NCBI GenBank assembly: GCA_965249455.1
Contig: OZ252236.1
Span: 102,161 to 166,160 of the forward strand
Origin: Jiulongibacter sp.
GTDB lineage: Bacteria > Bacteroidota > Bacteroidia > Cytophagales > Spirosomataceae
Direction: 5' to 3'
DNA length: 64,000 bases
How positions within the stretch are numbered: the first letter of the stretch is position 1; every line of letters begins with the position of its first letter. Below the pieces are notes generated by a model that worked only from the letters and a program-made list of their open reading frames with translations, had not been told where the DNA came from and searched no databases. The position numbers and the translations under genes are program-made. Shown piece by piece: positions 37,068 through 46,538 of the stretch.

Positions 37068-37799
37068 TCACTTCCTTAAAACGTTGTTTTTCAGCACCTT
37101 TGCAAGAGTTTCATCCTTGTAGCTTCTTCCTATTGGTATCTTGTTTCCTTTAATGAGTAATTCATGACTCTCTATGCTTTCAATTTTGCTGATGGGAACA
37201 ATATAGGATTTATGCACCTTCAAAAACTTATCTGAATTTAGGTTTTCTTCGACTGTTTTTAAGGGGAGCAAGGTCATATAATTGCCTTCAGTGGTATGAA
37301 TAACCACATAATTCTGAAGCGACTTTATAAAGAGAATTTTATCAATATATATCTTCTCATATTTGCTTTCGCATTTAATAAAAAAGTAGGCCTCATCAGG
37401 TTCTTTAGAGGGCTTGGAGCCCAGATTAAACTTTAACTCATGCATCTTCCTTACCTTTTCTGCAGCCTTAAAAAAGCGGTTAAAGGTTATTGGCTTTAGC
37501 AGATAGTCTGTGACATCTTGCTGGAATCCATCTAAAGCATATTGCGAAAATGCAGTAGTCAGAATTACATGGGGCCGCTCTGCCCGCATTTGAAGAAAAT
37601 CCAGGCCCGTCATCATGGGCATCTGAATATCAAGAAAAATCAGGTCAATCGTATGAGAATCCAGGCATTGATTTAATTCTAAAGCATTTTCACAAACATG
37701 GGTGAGCTCCAGGTAGTCCACTACTTCAATGTATTTAGTCAAAACATCTCTGGCTAATGGCTCGTCATCTACTACAACACATCTTAACTTATTTACCAT
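37068..37799 (-). CDS. LytTR family two-component response regulator
   Basis: It has a REC domain (VVVDDEPLARDVL, phospho-acceptor Asp) and a C-terminal LytTR domain (FLKVHKSYIVPISKIESI). Confidence 0.8.
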   Translation of the reverse strand: MVNKLRCVVVDDEPLARDVLTKYIEVVDYLELTHVCENALELNQCLDSHTIDLIFLDIQMPMMTGLDFLQMRAERPHVILTTAFSQYALDGFQQDVTDYLLKPITFNRFFKAAEKVRKMHELKFNLGSKPSKEPDEAYFFIKCESKYEKIYIDKILFIKSLQNYVVIHTTEGNYMTLLPLKTVEENLNSDKFLKVHKSYIVPISKIESIESHELLIKGNKIPIGRSYKDETLAKVLKNNVLRK

Positions 37800-38872
37800 G
37801 CAATTCGAAGTTTAACGTCAAAGACAGTTGAGCTACTTGAAATTTCCAAATCATACTTGTCATGATAAATTAAGTCAAGCCTTCTTTGTACATTTTTCAG
37901 GCCTATTCCACTGCATTCAGACTTCGGTTTATTGATTACAGAATCTGGAGCTTTGCTGTTTTCTAAACTCATGAAGAGTCCGGCATTATCTGTCAGAAGT
38001 TTCATCCTTATAAAATTTGATTGTGATTTGCCTTTTGATACATATTTAAAGGCATTTTCAACAAACGGGATCAAAATAAATGGAGCAATTCGCTGACCAT
38101 TTTTCACTTTATTCTCTATTTCAAAAACCAATTCTGTTTGCTTCTCATCTAATCGTAACTTTTCTAAATCTATGAAGTTTTCTAAAAAAGTTAGCTCTTT
38201 TGAGAGTTCAGTTTCTTCTTCATCACACTCATAAAGCTGATACCTCAACATTCCTGAAAAATTAGCTAAAGACTCTGAGGCCAGGTCTGGATTTTTGTGA
38301 ATTAAAGCAAAAATGGAGTTAATGGTATTGAATAGAAAGTGAGGGTTAATTTGTGATTTCAAATACTTGAGTTCAGTCTCTAACTTCTCCTTTTCAAGGG
38401 TTAATTGCCTTTTCTCTGCTCTAAGCCAGTTTTTCCCAAGTTTTATACTCATCGCTAAAGTCATACTGGCTAAAGTAGATGGCAGGGCATTGGTCAAAAA
38501 AATGTTTACAAACTCGTTGGGCTGCCTCTTAAATATTTCAAAAAAAGTCTTTTCAGAAAAATACGCAGCTACATAGTACCCACTGGTTATTAGCATAGTA
38601 CATAAAATAATAAGTGCTATCAGAGCAATAATGTAAGTACCGTACGCCCGCCTGTACAATAACCTTGGGATCAGATAATACAGATTAAAATAGACTCCTA
38701 TAATCTGAAAAACTACATAGGAGTACGTTTTGATTGACTCCGTAGAGCTTAAGTATGAAAAAGCACCATAGAAGTCTCCCACATAAATGGTGGTCCATAT
38801 AAAATGGTATACCAACCAAAAAGGGATATGGTAGAGCTTATACTTGATTAACCAGGAGTTGCCAGATATCAT
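37793..38872 (-). CDS. LytS-type sensor histidine kinase (membrane, His_kinase PF06580-like)
   Basis: It has 5-6 N-terminal TM helices. The LKSQINPHFLFNTINSIFALIH H-box and an HATPase region are present. It overlaps the regulator gene. Confidence 0.75.
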   Translation of the reverse strand: MISGNSWLIKYKLYHIPFWLVYHFIWTTIYVGDFYGAFSYLSSTESIKTYSYVVFQIIGVYFNLYYLIPRLLYRRAYGTYIIALIALIILCTMLITSGYYVAAYFSEKTFFEIFKRQPNEFVNIFLTNALPSTLASMTLAMSIKLGKNWLRAEKRQLTLEKEKLETELKYLKSQINPHFLFNTINSIFALIHKNPDLASESLANFSGMLRYQLYECDEEETELSKELTFLENFIDLEKLRLDEKQTELVFEIENKVKNGQRIAPFILIPFVENAFKYVSKGKSQSNFIRMKLLTDNAGLFMSLENSKAPDSVINKPKSECSGIGLKNVQRRLDLIYHDKYDLEISSSSTVFDVKLRIAW

Positions 38873-39057
38873 AAAGAGTGAAATTAAGAATTTTCGTCAT
38901 TCAAATGAGGGCTTGATTGATCAATGGTCAATGATTATTGACAAATAACATTCTAGCTGCAATCCTGCGTTTGTCAACCCATGTAAACCTCTGATCAACT
39001 CCAATTTAACAGGAGTCCGAAGTCTCTTTTCTTTGAGCCTTATTCAACATACTCATA

Positions 39058-41490
39058 ATGAAGAGAACACTAATATTCCTGTTGCTGCTTTCTCAAGGCA
39101 CCAATGCACAGATTTCAGGTAAACTGGAAAATCCGGATCATGAGGTCATTCCATATGCTACCGTTTCGCTCTATCAATTGCCAGACAGTACTTTTATTCT
39201 GGGTACCAATAGTGATGATATTGGAGAGTTTTTTATTCCAACACAACGGCCTTCATCGTATTATATCAAGATCAGCAGTGTAGGGTTTGCAGATACTTTC
39301 ACCTCAGCTATTATGATTGAAAATGAAACCCCCATCCGCTTAGGCCTATTGAAAATGACTGCTGATCTTACAGCCTTAAATGAGGTGGTTATAAGGACAA
39401 AAAAGGATATAGTACAGCAAACCGAAATGGGTCAGGTAATTAACGTTCAAAACAGTCTAATGACTCAGGGTAGCTCAGCTATGCAGGTTATTGAAAGATT
39501 ACCAGGCGTTTTGGTTGACAAGAGAAATAACCAATTTGGCCTTAACGGACAAAGCGGAGTCACCGTACTTTTTAATGGGCGGCGTGTTCAGCTTTCAATG
39601 CCTGATTTAATGGCATTGTTGGAAAGTACCGATGCCAACAATATTGAAAAAATCGAACTCCTAACGTCTCCATCGGCCAAATATGATGCAGATGGAGGGG
39701 CAGGCCTCATCAATATTGTGTTCAAAAAAAATGAGAATGAAGGTCAGCAGCTAAGCCTCAATACTTCTGTGGGCTACGGTTATAAAGAAAAAGCAAATGG
39801 GTCAATGGCCTATTCCAATGGCACAAAGAAAGTGTTTATTAATACAGGCTATTCTTATTTTCATGATAATAGCAAGAGAGGTTTTGAGGGAGAAGGTTTC
39901 GGCAATCAGCCCATTGTAGGCGGGCCAGGATATACTTTTTTCTCCACCTATTTTCACAACAATCTGTCAACTCACAATACCAATTTCTCACTGCTTTATA
40001 CTCCATTGAAGAGAACAGAAATAGGCGGAGATGTGTCGTTTTTAATGAGTAGTACAATCGGTAAATCTGTCATCAATAATGCAAGAGATAATGAGGATAA
40101 ATCATTCATTCGGTCAGATATCCTTTCCGAATCTTTAACACGCAAAAAGAACCTTATCTCATCTGTGTATTGGTCTCAGAAAGTCAATGACCAGAATCAC
40201 TTGAATTTAGATTTCAGTTATTTAAGCTACTCAAATGACAGTCCCAGTCTGGTAAAGAGTAAATACTTTAATCGCGAGGGCGAAGCCTTAAACCCTGAAA
40301 ACGCTGTTTACACAGATGGCAACAGGGGTACAAGTATATCCTCCATAGATCTAACCGTTTTAAAAGCCGATTATCAGTTAAAGATTGGCTCTGTATCAGA
40401 AGGTGAATTTGGCATAAAAGGGAGTTATTCAATCAATAGAAACGACAGTAAAATAGAAACAAACACAGGAGAAAATTGGGAGGTAGACCCAAGATCTCAA
40501 AGCCTGATTCATAGTGATGAAAAGTTACTGGCAGCGTATTCTCAGTTTAAGATTGGGCTTTCAGAGAAATCAACTATTCATGCCGGACTTCGTTATGAAT
40601 ATTGGAAAAGAAAAATTAGCAACAACCCTGAGCCCTTCATCATAAGTCAATTATTCCCAACTTTTTTATTCCAACATTACTTGACAAACCAAACTGTTTT
40701 CAGAGTTAACTACAACAGAAGAATAAGCCGACCTACCTATGATGATCTGATTTCAAACCTGTACTACAATGACCCTACAGCCGTTTTTACAGGCAATCCA
40801 CTTTTAAAGCCGACCATTTCAGATGGTCTCAAATTAGAGTTTTCAATTCATGGATTCAATATTGGCCTCACGGCTCAAAAAGAGCTTAATCCAATCATCA
40901 GATACCAGATAACCTCAACGGCTGCCAAAGATATTCTGATTCTTTCTCCACAAAATGCCGACTACCAAAACAGCCTGACTATGGCTCTCAATTTTCCTTG
41001 GCAATGGGCATCCTGGGCAAAGCTTAGTCTGTCAAGTGCTACTTCATTAAGGAAATTTCAGATTAGTTATACCCCTGAGGTGGCAACTAAAAAATACCTT
41101 TTTCAATCACTGAATTTTAATCAAACGTTTAACCTTCCGGCAGACTTCACAACAGAGATTTCAGGTTGGTGGAATTTCGCAGGTTACCTTGGTCACACTG
41201 CACAGGATGGCTTCGGTGTAATCAATCTCGGGATTTCTAAAAAACTGAAAAATGATAGGGGCACTGTACAATTTGGCATTTCTGATCTATTCAAATCATT
41301 TGACATTGAGAATCACATTGGTGCCACAGGACCTATTATTTTTGATATAGATACGCATTCGCGGTACCGTGATGAATCAGGTATCAGCAGAATCTTCAGG
41401 CTAAGTTATTCACGAAATTTTGGCAGTTCCTCAAAAAGAAAAAGAAGAAACACGGGTGCGGAAGAAGAAAAAAGTAGGGTGAATAAGTAA
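39058..41490 (+). CDS. outer membrane beta-barrel protein/TonB-dependent receptor-like with carboxypeptidase-regulatory-like N-domain
   Basis: It has a signal peptide, a CarbopepD_reg-like N-terminus (ISGKLENPDHEVIPYATVSL), a plug-like region, and 810 aa. Confidence 0.65.
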   Translation: MKRTLIFLLLLSQGTNAQISGKLENPDHEVIPYATVSLYQLPDSTFILGTNSDDIGEFFIPTQRPSSYYIKISSVGFADTFTSAIMIENETPIRLGLLKMTADLTALNEVVIRTKKDIVQQTEMGQVINVQNSLMTQGSSAMQVIERLPGVLVDKRNNQFGLNGQSGVTVLFNGRRVQLSMPDLMALLESTDANNIEKIELLTSPSAKYDADGGAGLINIVFKKNENEGQQLSLNTSVGYGYKEKANGSMAYSNGTKKVFINTGYSYFHDNSKRGFEGEGFGNQPIVGGPGYTFFSTYFHNNLSTHNTNFSLLYTPLKRTEIGGDVSFLMSSTIGKSVINNARDNEDKSFIRSDILSESLTRKKNLISSVYWSQKVNDQNHLNLDFSYLSYSNDSPSLVKSKYFNREGEALNPENAVYTDGNRGTSISSIDLTVLKADYQLKIGSVSEGEFGIKGSYSINRNDSKIETNTGENWEVDPRSQSLIHSDEKLLAAYSQFKIGLSEKSTIHAGLRYEYWKRKISNNPEPFIISQLFPTFLFQHYLTNQTVFRVNYNRRISRPTYDDLISNLYYNDPTAVFTGNPLLKPTISDGLKLEFSIHGFNIGLTAQKELNPIIRYQITSTAAKDILILSPQNADYQNSLTMALNFPWQWASWAKLSLSSATSLRKFQISYTPEVATKKYLFQSLNFNQTFNLPADFTTEISGWWNFAGYLGHTAQDGFGVINLGISKKLKNDRGTVQFGISDLFKSFDIENHIGATGPIIFDIDTHSRYRDESGISRIFRLSYSRNFGSSSKRKRRNTGAEEEKSRVNK

Positions 41491-41550
41491 AATCGAGTTA
41501 ACTAAATTATTTAAGGTGAAAAAAGTTATATTCGGGTTGAAAAAAGACCA

Positions 41551-42399
41551 ATGAAAAGCTATTTAATTCTGGCCAAAAACCTACTGGTACTTCTTATTCT
41601 CATAAACTGTCAAAGTAAGAAGGAGGATACCACAAATGAAACTGATGAACGTGTAGTTATAGCACCCACTTATCAGGACATTCTTGATTCGGCAAAACTG
41701 AATGGAGCCGTTCTTATTTACGACAGCCAACAAGAAACCTTCTACACAAACGACTCCGTTTGGATGAAAACGGGTTTTCTTCCGGCGTCTACTTTTAAAA
41801 TAGCTAACTCCATTAATGCCTTAGAAAATGGAATAGCAAAAGATACCAATACTATGTTCTTTTGGGATGGGAAACCGAAGTTTTTGAAATCTTGGGAAGA
41901 AGATATGAATTTCTTTCAAGCATACCAGAGATCATGCGTGCCTTGTTATCAGCATATTGCCAGGCAAACCGGGGTTAATAAAATGAGAGAAACGCTGGAT
42001 AAAATTGATTATCCGGGAATGGTCTTTGACAGTACCAGTATTGATAATTTCTGGCTGGAAGGAGCCTCACGTATTTCACAAATTGAACAAATAGCCTTTC
42101 TAAAACGATTGTTCAACAAGAAGCTTCCTCTCAAAGAAAATACGTATGCCGTTATGGAGCAAATAATGCTTCTCAAAGAAACGCCAAATTATAAGCTTTA
42201 CGGTAAAACAGGATGGGCACAGCCAGACGACGTTACAAACATTGGGTGGTTTGTGGGTTATGCAAAAACGGCAGACAATGTTTTTTTCATTGCCACAAAT
42301 GTTCAGCCGGGTCAAGGTTTTGATATGCAAGATTTTGGGAAAGTCAGAATGGGCGTTAGCTTGGATGCATTGCAGCACCATATTGAGAAGACCCTTTAA
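41551..42399 (+). CDS. class D (OXA-type) beta-lactamase
   Basis: It carries the class D active-site motifs STFK (PASTFKIANS), KTG (YGKTGWAQ) and FWLEG (WxxG), with a signal peptide and 282 aa. Confidence 0.8.
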   Translation: MKSYLILAKNLLVLLILINCQSKKEDTTNETDERVVIAPTYQDILDSAKLNGAVLIYDSQQETFYTNDSVWMKTGFLPASTFKIANSINALENGIAKDTNTMFFWDGKPKFLKSWEEDMNFFQAYQRSCVPCYQHIARQTGVNKMRETLDKIDYPGMVFDSTSIDNFWLEGASRISQIEQIAFLKRLFNKKLPLKENTYAVMEQIMLLKETPNYKLYGKTGWAQPDDVTNIGWFVGYAKTADNVFFIATNVQPGQGFDMQDFGKVRMGVSLDALQHHIEKTL

Positions 42400-42457
42400 T
42401 TCATTATTTCTCAGGCTTCTTTGTATCCCTAAGTTTCGCCCAGGTGATTTAACTGGT

Positions 42458-43624
42458 TTAAAATGCTTCTCCGGTATAGATATAAAACGCTTGCCCTTCC
42501 CGAGTGAAGCCAACATCCAATCTGATAAAAATATCCTTTTTAGGGAAAATCAGGTATCTAAGACCAACTCCACCTGCTGGTAGAATATCCTTAAAGCTGA
42601 ATTGTCTTAACTCGGGCTGTACAGAACCAACAGAAAGAAAAGCCGCCCCGCCAATTCGCTTACTAAAACCGAAAGGAAGAAAGCGGTATTCGGCCTGAGC
42701 AGCCAGATAATGATTGTCCCTAAATCTGCCATAATAGTAGCCTCTCATAATACTTTCACTGCCCAGAAGTGCCATCATGTTAAAAGGTGCAGCCCCGTTA
42801 ACAAACTGCCCGTAGAGTTGAGCAGCCAAGACCTGATTCTTACGGACCGATTTGAAATATCGCAGATCGAGGTTTGTACTGGCAAAGTCAAAACTGCCGC
42901 CACCACTCTTGCCATAATGAAGGTAGGCCAGCTCGGCAAAAAGGCCGTTGCGAACATTGAGGGCATTGTGCCGGTTATCATAAACTAAGCCAAGACCCAA
43001 ACCCAAACTGGAGGAGCCTTCAATTCCCGGAATAATTAACTCGTTTTCACCCGGGTGTTCTATTCTGGTTCTTGAAACCCTTTGATAATCCAATTCAATC
43101 CCCCCAAAAAAATTGTCTGCAATGCGGTGTAATACCCTTTCTTTTACCGCAATATAGTCTGCCCCAATCAACAGCTCGTCGGCTTTTTGGGCACCCATAC
43201 CAATGCCGTAGTATTGAAGAGGAAATCGCTGTGCTTTGAGTTTACCCAGAAAAAACCACTTGTCTTTATCTGTATAAATAAAATGTTCAAGGAAGCCTCC
43301 ATACTGTTTATTGAGCGTGAAGAAACCGAAAGATTGAACCTCGCTCAGCCTGTTAGAACTGTCACTTTTTGAATAAAACAATCGCAAGGCCGATACACCG
43401 ATTTCAAAACTCGTTTCAGGAGTATAGGCTAAACTGGGGTAAAAGAAATATTTTGACCCCGTCTCTTCGGAGTTAAACAGCTGATTATAAATTTTGCTTG
43501 GCAAACCCTTCTTTTTATCCAGAGTGTCTGATTGTGAATAAGCAGTAAAACCAGTCATAACCATGACCAAACAAATAATTTGTCTGAAAGAGTGGTGAAG
43601 TTTCGTAGAAGTATTCTTATTCAA
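42458..43624 (-). CDS. Omp85/BamA-like outer-membrane beta-barrel protein (surface antigen family, no POTRA)
   Basis: It has a signal peptide and beta-barrel signature with a terminal aromatic residue (...YIYTGEAF). Confidence 0.5.
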   Translation of the reverse strand: MNKNTSTKLHHSFRQIICLVMVMTGFTAYSQSDTLDKKKGLPSKIYNQLFNSEETGSKYFFYPSLAYTPETSFEIGVSALRLFYSKSDSSNRLSEVQSFGFFTLNKQYGGFLEHFIYTDKDKWFFLGKLKAQRFPLQYYGIGMGAQKADELLIGADYIAVKERVLHRIADNFFGGIELDYQRVSRTRIEHPGENELIIPGIEGSSSLGLGLGLVYDNRHNALNVRNGLFAELAYLHYGKSGGGSFDFASTNLDLRYFKSVRKNQVLAAQLYGQFVNGAAPFNMMALLGSESIMRGYYYGRFRDNHYLAAQAEYRFLPFGFSKRIGGAAFLSVGSVQPELRQFSFKDILPAGGVGLRYLIFPKKDIFIRLDVGFTREGQAFYIYTGEAF

Positions 43625-44051
43625 TTCTCTGGCTACTTAGAGCTTGTAATAGTGCCAAATAAAGCTATTCTATCAAATGCTCAAAAAAGTTATTCTTTAA
43701 TAATCTGAGCTTCTTTGAAAAAGGCGATTCAGACATCTAAATATCATAACTAAGCAAAGACATAAAAAATTTAAGCCATTTAAATTATTTAAACAGACCC
43801 TTCAAGTCATCTCAATCCTGGCCTTTGAATCTGAGGTATAAAATATAATTAATCCAATAAGCTACGCATTAGAGGCTAATAACTAGTGTTATCATCGGGT
43901 GTGCCTTCCAAATTAGTCCAAGAAAATTGAATTCATTGTTTAGTTAAGCCACTGAATACTATACTAAGCAAACACCTGTTTTTAAGCGTTGCCTTGGTTC
44001 TTAGATGGTAGAATACGATTATAAGGCTATATAGGAGTAAACGAAGATGGC

Positions 44052-44080
44052 CTTTGAAGAGACTCTTCAAAGACCAAGAT
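44052..44080. terminator. near-perfect palindrome CCTTTGAAGAG-a-CTCTTCAAAGACC just past the stop of the 44091-45035 gene
   Basis: It has a 10-bp inverted repeat. It lacks a clean T-tract, so it may be a bidirectional terminator or a protein-binding site. Confidence 0.4.
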
Positions 44081-44090
44081 CCTATTTAGT

Positions 44091-45035
44091 TTATTTCAAT
44101 AATGTCCCGTTGTAATAGGAAATCACATTGCTGAATTTGCCTTCGTCATTTACATTGTGTTGATAATGAATAGGAAGCTCAATTTCCTTTTTATCAGATT
44201 TTCTAATCAAATGAATGTTCCACCAAGAATACAACACGCCTGAATTTCCCATTTCATAATGCATATAATCCGGGTAACCCACTTGCTCAAAATCTACCAG
44301 TTCAAAATTCTCTAAGAAGGCCGTTTTATGTGCCTTATCTTCTGCTAAAGAGATTGACTTAAAAATATCACCATTGATATCGTTAAAAGTAGCTTTATCT
44401 GAGAAATAGCTGTAATACTTTTCAAACGCACCGTTTTCAGCAGCAGCTAACATTAAACGTAGGTTATTAATGTTTTGGTGTTGACTATAAATAGTGCCGT
44501 TTTTTCTTTCAGAAAACGCATCTCGAACCTCATTACCAAACTCAGGATTCATATAATTCATGATTCTCCTGATTTTATTGTCCTTCGTCAAAGTAAATGA
44601 ACGATGTAAAAGCATATCTGCCTTAACTCCCGTTTTTTTGTGAACTCCTTTTAAGATATCCCAACTTTCAACGGTGACAGCATTATTATCACTCGGGTCT
44701 TTGGCATACTCAAATGCATCCGGATAGGACCCTTCCATTGTTTTAATAGAATAGAAATCCAAATTGTCTTTCCAGAAAGTAGCATTCCTTAAATAGGCTC
44801 CCTTGTCAGACCCTTTCGAATAAGCAGAAGAAGTTACCGCATTATAGGCCTTAAAATCTGCTGTCATCAGTTTTGACATGGCTGTCGTATCGCCTTTTAC
44901 CATGGCCTTCGTGAAAGCATCTACCACATTTATGGCAGGATGCTCAATGTAGATTTTACCGTTTTCCTTCTTTTGACCGAAGCCAATGAAAGGAATCATC
45001 ATCAATAAGAATACAATTGTTTTTTTCATGGTCAT
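44091..45035 (-). CDS. secreted hypothetical protein, possibly tandem NTF2-like folds
   Basis: It has a signal peptide and 314 aa, with two internally similar halves. Confidence 0.4.
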   Translation of the reverse strand: MTMKKTIVFLLMMIPFIGFGQKKENGKIYIEHPAINVVDAFTKAMVKGDTTAMSKLMTADFKAYNAVTSSAYSKGSDKGAYLRNATFWKDNLDFYSIKTMEGSYPDAFEYAKDPSDNNAVTVESWDILKGVHKKTGVKADMLLHRSFTLTKDNKIRRIMNYMNPEFGNEVRDAFSERKNGTIYSQHQNINNLRLMLAAAENGAFEKYYSYFSDKATFNDINGDIFKSISLAEDKAHKTAFLENFELVDFEQVGYPDYMHYEMGNSGVLYSWWNIHLIRKSDKKEIELPIHYQHNVNDEGKFSNVISYYNGTLLK

Positions 45036-45319
45036 TTATCTGTTTTTATAGTGCTGAAGCCGCACTAGTTTAGGTTAAATTATAATTATAAAAGGCTTTA
45101 GTTTGTGTGTGTTAAAAACAGATATGTACTTGTCTTCAGAACCCGAATAAGAAGATCATTCTACTTTGAATGCAGTCCATAATAGATACTCTAAAATGAA
45201 GAGGTAAGAGAGAAACAAGAAGCAAAGGACATACATCTTCATCAAGCTACTCATAATCAAACACTTATTCAAATAATTTTAGCGAGCGGTTATTTATTAG
45301 GATAATTCCGGTCTCACCA

Positions 45320-46495
45320 TTATAAATTGGTGATCATAGCTTCTAATTTTTCCAATCTTTCCAGAATACCTTCTGTTTTAGAAAGCTCCTCCTTTAGGGA
45401 TTCTATTTCCTTCTGCTGCTCCTGAATAGCATTGACCAGTGGCATTACAAAATCAGAATAAGCAAGCGAGAGCATGCCATCGTCAGACTTTTTCAAACCA
45501 CTAAACGGGATGTTCAAATCTGTCATTAATTTCTCAATATCCTGAGCTATGAAACCGTCGTAACGGGTTTTGTTTTTGTCTGCGATGTAGTTGTAAGAGA
45601 CAGTTTTCAAGCCATTAATAAAATCTAAACCTAAGCGACTGGTATAAACAATACTTTCTTTCAATCTCCGGTCTGATGGGTTACTCCAGGCTACTTGACC
45701 TTCTATGACCGAGACATTTACATCGCCTATTCGTACTTTATTGCTTGCATTTACTATGGCATTATTGCCTAAGCTTGTAGCATTATATAGGTTCTCACTA
45801 CTGGCGTTAGTTCCATGCCCCACGAATGTATTGTTATTGCCAGTCTTGATAGAAAATCCAGCACCATAGCCGATGGCTGTGTTGCTTGAACCAGTAGAGT
45901 CATTTTCTAAGGAATTTGAACCAATAGAAGTGTTGCGTTCTCCGAGAGAGCTTACTAGAGCATAGTTTCCAACGGCAGTATTGTAACTTGCTTCTTTGTT
46001 AGAAAAAAGAGCCCAGTTGCCCACGGCGGTATTAAAATTTGCCGTGGTGTTATTGAAAAGCGAAGAATTTCCGAGAGCTGTGTTTCTAAGACCTGAAGTA
46101 TTATAATAAAGTGCCAAATTTCCTGTTCCTGTATTGTGTGTTCCGTTTTCATTTAAACGTAAGACAAAATTTCCTATCGCTGTATTTGTAACACCGGTTG
46201 TGTTATTTTGAAGTGTTAACGACCCCAAGGCGGTATTCTGGAAACCTGAAGTATTTGAAAAAAGTGAAGAATCTCCTACCGCAGTGTTGTGAGTTCCATT
46301 GGGAGCACTAACAATATTGTTCTTTAGTGCATTTGAGCCAAGTGCTAGGTTGTTGCCGCCAGCCGTCGAGTTTGAACTTCCTTGCAAACCTTTTGGCGTG
46401 ATGGTGATGGAGCCGTCGGTTGTGCCATTGCTTGAGATTTGGGCAGCAGCGGATATGGAGATTAATGAAATAAGAAATATGTATAGTTTTTTCAT
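45320..46495 (-). CDS. tail-fibre-like repeat protein with C-terminal peptidase-S74 intramolecular chaperone domain
   Basis: It has a signal peptide and GxxNTAxGxxAL-type repeats. The C-terminus reads SDRRLKESIVYTSRLGLDFINGLKTVSYNY...DGFIAQDIEKL...LAYSDFVMPLVNAIQEQQKEIESLKEEL. Confidence 0.7.
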   Translation of the reverse strand: MKKLYIFLISLISISAAAQISSNGTTDGSITITPKGLQGSSNSTAGGNNLALGSNALKNNIVSAPNGTHNTAVGDSSLFSNTSGFQNTALGSLTLQNNTTGVTNTAIGNFVLRLNENGTHNTGTGNLALYYNTSGLRNTALGNSSLFNNTTANFNTAVGNWALFSNKEASYNTAVGNYALVSSLGERNTSIGSNSLENDSTGSSNTAIGYGAGFSIKTGNNNTFVGHGTNASSENLYNATSLGNNAIVNASNKVRIGDVNVSVIEGQVAWSNPSDRRLKESIVYTSRLGLDFINGLKTVSYNYIADKNKTRYDGFIAQDIEKLMTDLNIPFSGLKKSDDGMLSLAYSDFVMPLVNAIQEQQKEIESLKEELSKTEGILERLEKLEAMITNL

Positions 46496-46538
46496 AGCAA
46501 AATTGAGTTTAAAGTAATCATGGAGCCGTAATGTAAGC

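Noticed and set aside
42100-42583. ORFs overlapping the 3' end of the beta-lactamase gene on both strands.
   Set aside because: They overlap two confident CDSs (the beta-lactamase and the Omp85-like gene) and have no independent support.
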